Of a stretch of 64,000 bases of DNA, positions 1 through 10,820 are shown in pieces; position 1 is the stretch's first letter; each line of letters begins with the position of its first letter. The translations under genes were made by a program, and so were the position numbers. The notes below the pieces were generated by a model. The model was not told where the DNA came from, did no database searches, and was given only the letters and a program-made list of their open reading frames with translations. This DNA comes from Amoebophrya sp. A120. Lineage: Eukaryota > Protista > Dinoflagellata. The stretch lies in NCBI GenBank assembly GCA_905178155.1, contig CAJINV010000007.1, forward strand, positions 466,020-530,019, given 5' to 3'.

Positions 1-1092
1 ATCCGTTTAACGAAGACGGGGTTTGGGTCAGCGGCGGCTTGGGATTTCGGTGGGACGAGAATATCAAGATGCAGAATTGAGCGCGGCATTGTTTGAAGAG
101 CAGTAATTAGTGCGAAACCTGTGTTGCCACACTGAACTTGTGAAGATGAAAAAACAATCTGTTTGTTTTTTGTGCGAGAAAATGTTTTTTCGAGAAGCAA
201 CGAGAAAATGAAAATCTCGAATGGAACAATTTGAACATTTTCTGAAACTGTCGACAGTCTTTTGGGGAATATCAATCAATGCAACCGGACCAAGAAATGA
301 ATTCCTTCGCGTGTTCATATGGTCGGTCCAACAAAACCCAGTGAAGTTCGATTGTAGTCACAAAAGTAGAAGAACTTCTAGAAAAACTAATTCCTGTGTG
401 TAAGATAAAGCTAATCACCGTGATGAGCGGCAGATCCACTTACTTTACTTCGTTTCATAAACACTACCCGAGTGTCAGCAAACACGGCCGCAATATGTTG
501 TGCCCGGTGCAGAGAGCACGCGGCGCTTTCTGTGTGAAAAAGCAAAATGCGTTCTTGAAATTCCGTGCTCTTTGAACGACGCACAACATCGGTGCCTCCA
601 CTGTATAGAACGAAAAAGGACAAAATTATGTCGGTTGATGTCGTGAGACCGACAAGAGAGTCTCGTGAAGATTCGGTTGTGAACGTACCAAGCTCATCTG
701 CCCCGAAAACAAAATATCAGTCAGACGATCTGAATAAACGTCGGCTTTTCATATCTTCTGCGTCTTAATATCGGTTGGCATAATCCATGATCTATTTTCG
801 TGCATCGTGAGCCGCTCGGTGTACTAGCTGCAGGCCGCTCTAATACTGGTTTTAGAATAAAGACTCACCGAAGTGATGTTTCATCGCCAGTTCATATTCC
901 AGAGCCTCGTGGCGGTTCCCCCGCTTTTTAGGTACCTTGCATAGTACTGCAGGTTCATTATTCACATGATATTTCTGCTTTTTCAAAAAAGCGTTGCTAC
1001 TATTCTGCTCGAGAAATAGATTCTTTTATTCCACAATTACAGTTTCTATCCCCACCACAACTATACCCTTTTCTGCGGATACAACCACAAAA

Positions 1093-2870
1093 ATGGATAT
1101 CGTCGTGCTCGACACGGAGAACCTCCCGGACCGCACCTATGTCTCCATTCGCATCGGAGACATGCGGCGGCAGGCTATGAGAGTGCACAACTCCCTCTCC
1201 CCCTCATTTGTAATGCAAAATCCCAAATCCTGTTGGTGCCTTGTGGCAGTGGTTGCATTGCAAATTCTGCAAGCCCAAACAGTCCAATAGTTTGGGCATG
1301 AACTTGTCATGCACAGACTCCACGTGTGTTGGTCGTTGTGATGCTGGTCATGCCAGACAAATGAGGGGGAGGGGGAGTCGTGCACTCTCATACAGGCCCC
1401 CTGGAAACCGAAATCCACTTCCAAGCCAACCGCAGTGACCGAAGGCGAGGAAGCCACGACACCCGAAACCCCGTCAAAGCCGACGGCAAGTGACTCCGTG
1501 TTTCATTTTTCCAAATCCTCCCATGCGACCATGAAAGTGGACCTGTTTCAGCACCTGGGCTCTACATCGGTTGGGATGTACAGAATGAAAAACGACGACG
1601 AGCATGTGGAAGAGTTGAAGATTGCGAACACTGCTGCTATGGTGGAGAATACTAGCGAAGTTCAGGAACAAATCATGAAGTTGAAATGCAAATGCGTGTT
1701 TCAAGACGAGAGAGTGGACGAAATGGGCAGGCAAAAGCGGCAGAGCCGACACCAAGTGACGCTGAATGCGACGAAGTATTTGGACGATCACGAGATTCAG
1801 CCGACATTGCAAGCGCTGATCCGGGCGTTGTTGGATAAACAGTATTTGAATTTCTTTGCTTGTCTTCATGCGTCATTCGCATAGACTTTGGTTTTTGAAA
1901 CATACATGGAGCAATAATTACGAACCGAAAATTCAAGTTTGTTTCACAACCCAAACCAAAACTACTGTACAGGCCCGAAGACGCGCTCGCCTTCATGGTG
2001 AGCCACTTGAACAAACTCCGCGGGATTGACGATGCCGCTCCGGCCCCCGCCCCGGAAGGCGAGGGGACGATTGCGGTGGAAGAAACTACTGCGGTGGAGG
2101 TTGCTGCGGCGGGGCAGGACGAGCAGCCGCCGGCAGAAGATGTTACTACCCCTGGTCCACCGGCGGAGGAAAGCGGTCCGGCGGCAGCTGAAGAGCCTGC
2201 GGCGGCGGTTGAAGAAGCTCCGGCTACTGCTGATGCCGTTGATACAGCTGCGGCGGAGGAAGCGCCTGCTCCTCCGGCGGCCGAGGAGGAAGCTATTGCT
2301 CCCGCGGCCGAGGAGGGTGAAGCTGCGCAGCCGGCGGGTGACGAAGCTGCCGCGGCGGAGGTGACGGAAGAACAAGCTCCTGCTGCCGCGGAAGAAGCAG
2401 CTGCGCCGGCTGCCGAGGATGAAGCTGCTGCACCCGCGGCGGCGGACGAAGCTGCTGCTGCGGCTGAGGAAACGCCGGCTGCCGCGGCTGAGGAAACGCC
2501 GGCTGCGGCGGAAGAGGAGCCGGCTACCGCTCCGGAGGAAGCAGCGCCCGCTGCGGAAGAGACGCCGGCCGTGGCGGAGGTAGAACAATCACCTCCAGCT
2601 GAAGCAGAGCCGGTAGCCGCGGCCGAAGAAGCCCCCGCAACTGCCGCTCCGGAATCTACCGAGCCAGAAGCTGCCGGAGGTGAAGGACCTGCGCCCGAAG
2701 AGGCTACGGCGGCAGAAGAAACTCCTGCCGCACCCGCGGCGGAAGAAGAAGCTCCTGCTGATGTTGTACCCGCGGCGGAAGAAGCTGCAGCGGCTGCTGC
2801 TCCGGAAGAAGCACCTGCGGCTGAAGCGGCGGCAGAAGAAGTGCCTGCTGAGTCCGAGGCTGCGGCTTAA
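1093..2870 (+). CDS. Protein with RIIa/Dpy-30-like dimerisation motif and long Ala/Glu/Pro-rich C-terminal tail; exons 1093-1173, 1396-1841, 1973-2870
   Basis: Removing intron 1174-1395 (introner, GC-AG register) and GT-AG intron 1842-1972 joins ORFs 994, 1435 and 1995 in frame: MDIVVLDTENLP...RRQAPWKPK...YLDDHEIQPTLQALIRALLDKQPEDALAFMVSHL (RIIa/Dpy-30-like pattern). Confidence 0.85.
1176..1392. mobile_element. Introner, family A
   Basis: ~36-bp TIR (tatgagagtgcac...ctcatttgt) with 2 mismatches; TSD caggc at 1171-1175 and 1393-1397. Confidence 0.95.
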
Positions 2871-3809
2871 GGGGAGAGGGAAGAGACTGAGAGTTTGCAT
2901 TTTCTATATTGAAAATTTCACGCGGGGGCCGTTGTATTCTTTCGTTGACAACATCACATGCATTTACCTGTTTTTGACCTTGTGGTCCAATTTTGTACAT
3001 TACTGTTTTTTCTCAGCACGACGGCACACTCTAGTATTTGTGCTTTACGACGCCGGAGGCGCAGTTCTATCATTCGTTACGGTTTAGTCCTGGGGTTTCA
3101 GTCCTCGAAAGCGCCAGTATTTTTCATGAAGCTCTTTATTTCAACTTTGCAAAGTACGCGCGTAGCAGCATCAAAAAGCAAATGTAGTACATTCGCACAC
3201 CATAAGCTACAGAGTTTTTGTGAAGCTGCGCAGCTCAGCTTCCAATCGCAAACACGGTAGTATTTCCGTCTTGTGGACTGAACATCTTTAGAATTCTTGT
3301 GTCACCTACTTAACGCATTTACATTTTCTTTCTTTCGCACACAAAATTTTTACATGACGACCACGCCGGGGGCTTTGAAAAGCGGAGGTGAAACCTAAAT
3401 AGAAAAAGCAGAAGACTTTGTTCGCAGCGGTGCCCTTTACATGAGTGAACGGCAGCAATTTTTTGCTGGCACGGAAGAAGGCGCGCAAGAGAGATTATGA
3501 GTGCGAAGAAGTGCAGGTCCTGGTTCATAGTTCTCCAAAAAATCTGAGAGGAGATGCCGTGCCGACTGATACCGCAACAGAGAAATGAGCCGGCAAATCT
3601 GAAGACCTTGCTGAGAGACCACGGCCGTGCGTAGGAGGGGATGCAGGAATGGATAAATACCTGTGTGGTTCTTGTACGCGGCGCTATTATTAATCTATCG
3701 GTCACCGGGAAGAAATTGAAATCTAGAAACCAGAAAAAAACTCAATGGACACTTGAAATACGTAAACGCAGAGAGGTATAACAATCACTTGGCAGAGAAC
3801 AACCGAAAG

Positions 3810-6800
3810 ATGAACTTACTGCGCGTGGGCCGCGCGTTGCCCGCGCGGTGCTTGACCGTGCTTCTTTCGCTAATCCAAAGCGTCATGGCGGCGGACTGGT
3901 ATGTGCTCTACGCCGGCGACCTTCCGGTGTACATGTCGTCGGTCTGCCGGCTCAGGTGGCTTCTGATCACAAACGGGGTCAGCAAAGACAAGGTATAGAA
4001 GAAGAACTTCTGAATCATTGCTGGTACTATCTGTCATGCAAAACTCGCAAGAAGCACCTGCCTTGTGATGCGCGGCAAATGTAGTTGTGCAACTACACAG
4101 AGCAACATCGGAAAAAACAGATCATCACTTTCGGAAACAAAATAAAAAACTACCCGACTTTCGACGGCCTTCCCGCACCGGATGCAGCCTGCGAGCCAGA
4201 TTTCACCGTAAAGGATGGGGTGTCGGAGAGTTTTTTCTTCAACGCTTTGAATCAAACGTATGATGGTGGGGTATCGGCCCCGAAGGTTTATGCAATGCAA
4301 AAGCATCGTACTAGTATGAATTGCATGACAATTTTTTTCTGGAAGAAAAATGAAATTTGTCATGCAGATTCAGTTAATAAAGCAGATCTGTAATGCTAGA
4401 CTCGCATTTATACGAGTGCGATACTTTTGCAATGTATAAGGTTCTAGCGACGACAAATAGCGACAACGTTTTCATGTATCTGGCAGGGGACACCGGATAC
4501 GACACAATAAGGCTATGCAATGCAAAAGCATCGTACTAGTGTAGATTGCATTACGAATTAGCCCAGCATTACAAATTGAATTTGTGACGCTGATTCACCT
4601 TGAGAAATAGAGTTGTATTGCATAAACGCAACTGCTACAAGTACGACACTTTTGCACAGGATAAAGGCTCGACGGGAGCAAAAACGTCATGCACGGGTAC
4701 GTGACTTTTTTATTGCGAGAGTTTATTGTCATGCTGGAGGTTTTCGTTTTGGTTTTCCACATGAGTTTCTGTTTTGCAGGAAAGTGCAAGAATACAAGCT
4801 GGTGCATGATTCTTCTTATGTTACCCAGTGGTCAAGTAGAAATAGAAAACAAAAACAACCAAAGGTACGACCTTTTTCAGACGCTGATGGACTCCGGCAC
4901 CAAATTTCGGCAAATGCGCATCTTTCTAGACGGCACGCACTTCGGGGACACCTTCATGAAGTCCGCCATCAGCAGTGCCACCACCTGGAACAGCAATGTC
5001 GCAAAGTCAATAAGGATCACAGCCTCCGTATTCAAGAAAAAAACTGTGTTAGTGTAACTTTCCTTGGCTGACAGCATCACAAATTTGCTCTGCATGACAG
5101 CGAAAACCTGTCATGCGTCGCTTGTAAGGGAAAACACACATGACAAGAGGACTGCATGGCTGTCTGGCATGACAGGCGCAACTCTGTTGCATGTTCTGCA
5201 TTACAAAGTTACACTTACACAGTTTTTTTCTTGCATACTCCGGCACCGGGAGCGCGGACGCGACGGGAGCACAGGCCTGTTTTTGCGCGCCACAGACTAG
5301 TGTCAGGGACGCAGTGGAGCGGTTCAGGAATTTGCACCACCTGGCAGAGAGTCGTATTTGATATTTTTTTTCAGGTGTTTCTTCTTGTCATGCAGAATGC
5401 GGCACGAGAGGGGATGTTTTTGATGCAAAAATGCATAATACACTATCAGATGACACCGACCCGCACTACTGTCTGTCCACCCGCTTTGGGCTCACTTTCA
5501 CGTCCACAAACACCGGACCCATATTGAGAGGAAAAATCTCCCCTCCCCATATCAAAATGGAAATTTGTGATGCTGATTTGTGGTCACAAATCATCTTTGT
5601 CTTGCCTATAGGGCAATAGGAGCCAACATGTGGCGCATTCCAAAGCCAATCTGTCATGCGCTTTCGGCTACTGCGAACCTGTTTTCCATGCATAATTGCT
5701 AGCCTTCTGCATACCCAAACAGGCTCAGAAATTGCCGCCAAGCACTTTCTGCAAGACAAACCTGATTTGTGTACTCAAATCCAGCATCAGAAACTTCGTT
5801 TTGATATGGGGTGGGGGGATATTTCCTCACAATAACCCACCTTCGAAAACCACTTCGCCGCCGTGTATGCATTGCAAATATGTCTGGGTCTGGAAGATTG
5901 AAGGAGTTTGTCATGCAAATTTTACAGGACCATGTTGTCGGTGATGCATGCTCTGGCATTGCAGGTTCCGCGAAGGCTTTCGGCTTTGGCTTTCTCATGC
6001 CGATTCTGCATGAGAAATGGGTCATCTCCGGGAAGCAAAAATCTGAGCACCTTTATTTGCTGCTCATGCAATACAGAATTTTCTCTGCTCGCAAGTTAGC
6101 ATGACAAATTCCATTCTTTGCAGACTGCCAGACATATTTGCAATGCATACCGTGAAAAACTCCACAACGTCTGGGGAGTACATCGCGGCCTCAAGTTATC
6201 CAAGAAAAAAACTATGTGAGTGTAAATCTGTGATGTAGAAAAAGCAAAACTGTTGCACTTGTCATGCTGGGTCTGCGTCATAGGCTATTTTCATACGTGT
6301 TTTCACTGATACTAGCTGCGCATGACAGGTTATTTTCCCTGTAATGCAAAACGAATTTGTGATGCTGCTCTTCCGTACAAAATTACACTTACACAGTTTC
6401 TTTCCTGGATACAAGTTCGGAGATGGAATACGGCATTTTCCCGGAAAACACGAACGGGGACTACTTTACCTACTGCACGAACAGCACAGCCTATCGCAGA
6501 GGAGAAAAACAGTGTTAGTGTAGGTCTGTGATGCAGAAAATGCAACACAGTATACACTTGTCATGCCACACGACGACCACGAAGTGGTCCTTTCATATGT
6601 GTTTCCACGACGTACCAGCCACGCATAACAGGTTTTCTCTGCTCTCATGCAAAGCAAATTTGTGATGCTGTCACCCCAAGAATTTTATACTAACAGCTTT
6701 TTTTTCCTGGACACAGCCACGTCCACCGGCGCGGCGGATTGCAACAACATGTACACGGCGTTTCCCTTCACCAACGCGGATAGCATTTATGCATTGCAAA

Positions 6801-8506
6801 TATCCCTGGATGTTTGGAAAGGTGCAAACTTGTGATGCTCTCTGTCAGTTACAGAAAAATCTGTCATGCATGTTGAGCAGCGAAAGCTGTCCATGTGGGG
6901 TAAGCATTTTTGCAAAGCTGTTGCAACAAATTCTGTGATGCTACGGCCCGCCTTCCAAACCGTCTCGGCCATGCAAAAGATGCACGACAAACGTCGGCAC
7001 TCTTCCAGAGGACCCAGATATATTTGCAGCACTTGATAGCATTTACACTTTCCCCAATTACGCCTCCGGGTGCACGAAACACAACAATCTCGTCTCCACC
7101 GAGCTCCTATCAAATGCAAAAATGTCTGGGTCTGGAAACTTGTGATGCTAAAATGTGGATAATAGAAACAGTTCCGAATGCAACCCAGCATGACAACTTT
7201 CCAGAACGCTTTCGCATCGGCAATCCGCATGAGAAGCTGCGACTTTGCATGTACAAAAGAGGCCGCGACTTTTGTTGGTTATGCAATACAGATTTCCTAG
7301 GTATGGAAAGCTAGCATTACAAGCTCCAACCTTCCAGGCCGAGACATATTTGCAATGCATAGCTCCTTGGCAGCTACTACTTTGACAAAGCATTAAGGAG
7401 AAACGACAACGGGGCTTTGAAAGGGGAACTGGGCCTGCGCGTGGACGCAAAAGCGAAGCTGGACAGCTTCATCACCAGCCACCAGTGCATATGCATTGCA
7501 AATGTGTCTGGGTCCTCTGGATTTGTAATGCAAAATTTGAAAGACAGCGAGGATTTGTGATGCATGAACACGATTGGGCAGTTTTTTTGTCATGCTGTGA
7601 AACTGATTTTGTCATGCGAAACACGGTAGAACTCGCAATACCAAGCGAAAAACTCGTGATGCGTAGACGCCGTAGAAGACACCGCTCTGCCATGCATGAC
7701 TCAGCAACAGAAATTCGTTGCGTCTCTCGAGACCCAGACATATTTGCATTTGATAGTGCACGCAAGTCGGCTGTCTCGACACGACCGTTTCCCTCACGAC
7801 GGCCGCAGAAAACGCGTGCTTCAAGGACTTGTTCGCAATAGTCCAGTCGGGGACGGGGGCGCCAGGTACATAAGTAAGTACTTAAGTAACTCTGGTGCGC
7901 CAGATGAAGAAAGGATTTGAAGATTTGTATATGCATGAAAGAACACGACCGTACAAGAAACGCTTTCTCAACATGCTTGCTGACATTCTGAATAGTTACA
8001 ACATGACCATAAAAATCCACCGATCAGGTTACTCCGCCTACACGCTGAAAACGTGGACGCTTCCGTTGGCCAACATGTGCAAGCAGCATAGCGCCGCAAC
8101 ACTAAAAACGGATTTGACGGCTCTACTCACGTCCAGCGGAGGCAACGAGGCGGCGAAGGCGACGAATAACGCAGACGTGAGTTTCATTCTAGCCATCGTG
8201 GGCTTTGCGGTGTCGGGGGCGTTGTATCTGTTCTTCATGTTTTTCGACACCAGAACGATGGAGGACACGGAGGAAATGCAGGTAAGGGTTTTTAGTTGAG
8301 GTTTGTCATGCGAACAACCTATGCATCAAAATCAAATACAACCAAAAATCGTCATCCACGGTTCTCCGGCATGAGCGTGAGTAAGTATCTGACCACTTTG
8401 AAAACGAAAATCATCCCAGGCCATCAAAGACAAGGAGCAGTCTCGGGCGGCGGGGCGAAAATTGCTGCAAGAGCACGACCGGGCGCACGGGGCCTCGCCG
8501 TTGTAG
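3810..8506 (+). CDS. Multi-exon type I membrane/secreted protein of unknown function (signal peptide, Cys/Ser/Thr-rich ectodomain, C-terminal TM); 9 introners plus about 6 conventional introns
   Basis: Hydrophobic N-terminus (CLTVLLSLIQSVMA). Frame stays open when elements are removed (DPHYCLSTRFG...TFENHFAAV KNSTTSGEYIAASS SEMEYGIFP...). TM VSFILAIVGFAVSGALYLFFMFF. GT-AG introns at 3993-4084, 4697-4779, 4831-4864, 7866-8027, 8282-8419; one junction near 5300-5449 is unresolved. Confidence 0.8.
4289..4438. mobile_element. Introner, family B (150 bp)
   Basis: TIR tatgcaatgcaaaagcatcgtact; TSD aggtt; GT-AG register 4286-4440. Confidence 0.92.
4514..4663. mobile_element. Introner, family B (150 bp)
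   Basis: Same left TIR as the 4289 element; TSD aaggc; GC-AG register 4512-4666. Confidence 0.9.
5029..5237. mobile_element. Introner, family C
   Basis: TIR tattcaagaaaaaaactgtgttagtgtaac; TSD ctccg; no AG acceptor in any register. Confidence 0.92.
5522..5834. mobile_element. Introner, family D
   Basis: TIR tattgagaggaaaaatctcccctccccatatc; TSD accca. Confidence 0.92.
5866..6149. mobile_element. Introner, family E
   Basis: TIR tatgcattgcaaatatgtctgg; TSD ccgtg. Confidence 0.92.
6197..6411. mobile_element. Introner, family C (opposite orientation to 5029)
   Basis: TIR tatccaagaaaaaaactatgtgagtgtaa; TSD caagt. Confidence 0.92.
6492..6713. mobile_element. Introner, family C (degenerate)
   Basis: Imperfect TIR; TSD cagcc; frame restored on removal. 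Confidence 0.85.
6788..7038. mobile_element. Introner, family E-related
   Basis: Imperfect TIR (tatgcattgcaaatatccctgg); TSD gcatt. Confidence 0.85.
7108..7361. mobile_element. Introner, family E
   Basis: TIR tatcaaatgcaaaaatgtctgggtctggaa; TSD gctcc. Confidence 0.92.
7490..7755. mobile_element. Introner, family E
   Basis: TIR tatgcattgcaaatgtgtctgggtc; TSD gtgca. Confidence 0.92.
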
Positions 8507-9039
8507 TACCCCGGAGGAGGAGAGTCGTTTCTCAGGAAGGAAACGAAGGGGCGACGGCGGTGGTGCGGCTTCGGCTTCGTGCTATTACAATAGAGATCAT
8601 GATCGGCTACGACCTTCTAGCACAGTAACAGGAATAATTTTTATGTTTACCTTCTAAGACATCCTAGACCAGTACAACGTCAGGGACAGAAAATTCAGAC
8701 AGACTCAAGTCGAAGAATTTGTTCCCTACGATCCTCTGTTGTGTTTCTAAGACTTCTAAAATTTCGCGAACTTTTGAATTTAATTGCACGGCGAGTAGAA
8801 ATGTGATTTGGCGTTGTAGGTATAACTACTACGTGATGAAAAATAGAATGAATATTGGCAAAGTACTACCCGAATGGCAATGCTGTCAAACGAATTGAAA
8901 CAGAACAAGTACGCATTTTTTTAAGAGGTCGGAGGACTCCGACCAGATGACGCAACTGATAGAAAGCAAGCTTCTTGCGCGCAACCTTGTTTCGTGCAGC
9001 TCTTGCGCAATTCGATCTGAGTCACTGTGGTCTCACGTC

Positions 9040-10560
9040 ATTGGGTGTGGCGCGAGCCACGGGGCGGCGGATTGAGTGTAGTGAGCTTTTGTGGCTCGTT
9101 TCCGCTGCGTATGTCTTCACGCAACTCCTAGGGCGACCGAGCAGGAAGGGGCCGCGGCGCGGAGTAATGGCCGGCCGCGCCGCTTGGCGGTTGCAACGCC
9201 GATCCGCTGCAGCTTCGTGGCTCGTGGGCCGCGCGCACTGGGGTAACTCGGTGCGCGGCCGAGCAGGTAGCAATCGCAACCGACCGGGCAAAAGGCCAGC
9301 GCGGCCGACATGGGGAAGGCCCCCGCGGTGAAACAATCCCTGGGCGAATTTTCGACCGATAAGGCTGAGGCGGGGAACGGCAAGGGCTTGAAGGCCCCGG
9401 GCGCTGTATCCTGAACAGGAGAACTCACGCACCAGGCGGGGGGCCTCTATTCAAGCCCGGGGCGCCGAGGGATGCGCGCCGGGCGCGTCAATGCGGGGGC
9501 TCAGCCGGGGCACGTACTCCGCCGCACCCCCGCCCCAGAAAGGAAAGCAGGGCGGGCGCAGCGCGCTGCTCCGGGGCGCGGCCGGTGCGTACCATTGCCG
9601 GCGCTGGAAGTCCGTGCGGGCGCGCCGCAGCCAATGCCCTTCCGCGCCCAAGCAGGGGCCGCGCCTACGGCTGTGGGGCCTGCTGTTGCGCCGGTCGCTT
9701 CGACTGGTCCGGCGGGTACTGCGGCGGGTCCAGGGATGCTTGTTCCGCCATCTCTGCTGCCCGCGGCGGGCGGCAGGGCGTGACAAGGATGAAAGGACCG
9801 GGCCGAGAAGTGGCGGCCCCCGCCTTTCAGCCGGGCCGATGGAAGTAGCGCGCGGCAGTTGCCGCCTCGCCAAGGAGGTGGCAAAAAGTGCGAAACTGGA
9901 GGGGGGCGCGCTACTCCCTGCCCGAAGACAAAGCCGAAACGCAAAAAATGCGGCGGCCTCCCCGGTGTCCAACTCTACCAGCGCGAGGCCCCCGCCCGGC
10001 GGCGCGCCACAGCGCCGGCGGCCTTCGCGACTCTGTGCCCAGGGCCAAACGCCGCCGAAGCCGCGGCTGCTGCCGTGCGCGGCCCTTCTGCGGGCGGCGG
10101 CTTTTGTAATTCGGCGGGCGGCACCCAATTCGCCGCGGCGCTGCCGCGCGCGTCCGCGCGCCATTTTTGCGGCGCCGCCCCGCCCCGCGTTGCAAGCCCG
10201 GCCGGAGCTTTCCTTGCGCGGCCCGTTCGCATAGGGGCGCGCGCGCCTTGCGCAGCTCCGCCTGCAGTGCCGGCGCAGCCTTTTCGCTAAAACGCGCCCG
10301 GCCCGCACGGGGCCGTGCTCGGGCGTGCCGCTCTTCGCGCGCGGGCGCCCATCAAACGGGCGCCCGGTCTGGCTCGGGCGGGCGGCCCTTTTTTCTAGCC
10401 CCGCGCGGGACCCTGCGGTGGGCTTTTTGCTTTCCAGGATGAATGCTTGCAATGCAAACAGAAAATCAGCGAAGCCCCCCGATCGTGCGAAGGCGCACAG
10501 AGGTCCGCCCCGTAGTAAAGTTTTCCGCTCTCCGGGGACGAGATGAGGGGTCGCTACTTG
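9040..10560. other. Very GC-rich island with no credible ORF; probably a decayed repeat or TE
   Basis: Abrupt compositional shift from the flanks; ORFs in all frames are low-complexity Arg/Ala/Gly/Pro. Confidence 0.5.
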
Positions 10561-10820
10561 AGGGGAATGTGGCAGTTTTTCCAGGGGCGTCCAGCACGAG
10601 AGACACTTGAGCGTTTTTTTCGGCGCGAGTGAGGGTATGAGTTAAAGAGTTGGTCTTCCGAACTGTCAAAGCCACATAAAAACACCCGGAACTACACGGC
10701 GCAGCACTGAGATACTATCACGACCCGCTACCACGATTTTTTCTGGCCACAGAAGTTGTTGGCGTCGGTCCTCGTGCCCATAGTAGACACAGCTACAGCA
10801 TCAAACCTGCTTGCCAAAAA

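Noticed and set aside
1962-2900. Arg-rich antisense ORFs
   Set aside because: Shadow frames of the Ala/Glu/Pro-rich exon.
4289-7755. CRISPR-like or integron-cassette-like repeat/spacer pattern
   Set aside because: The repeats are paired inverted ends with TSDs and the spacers are in-frame exons; there are no cas or integrase genes and the context is eukaryotic.
7895-8027. 5' part of ORF 7895-8299 as exon
   Set aside because: The frame from the upstream exon is restored only with GT-AG intron 7866-8027.
9451-10452. 333-aa and 247-aa ORFs in the GC island
   Set aside because: Stop-codon depletion from high GC; low-complexity translations with no motifs.
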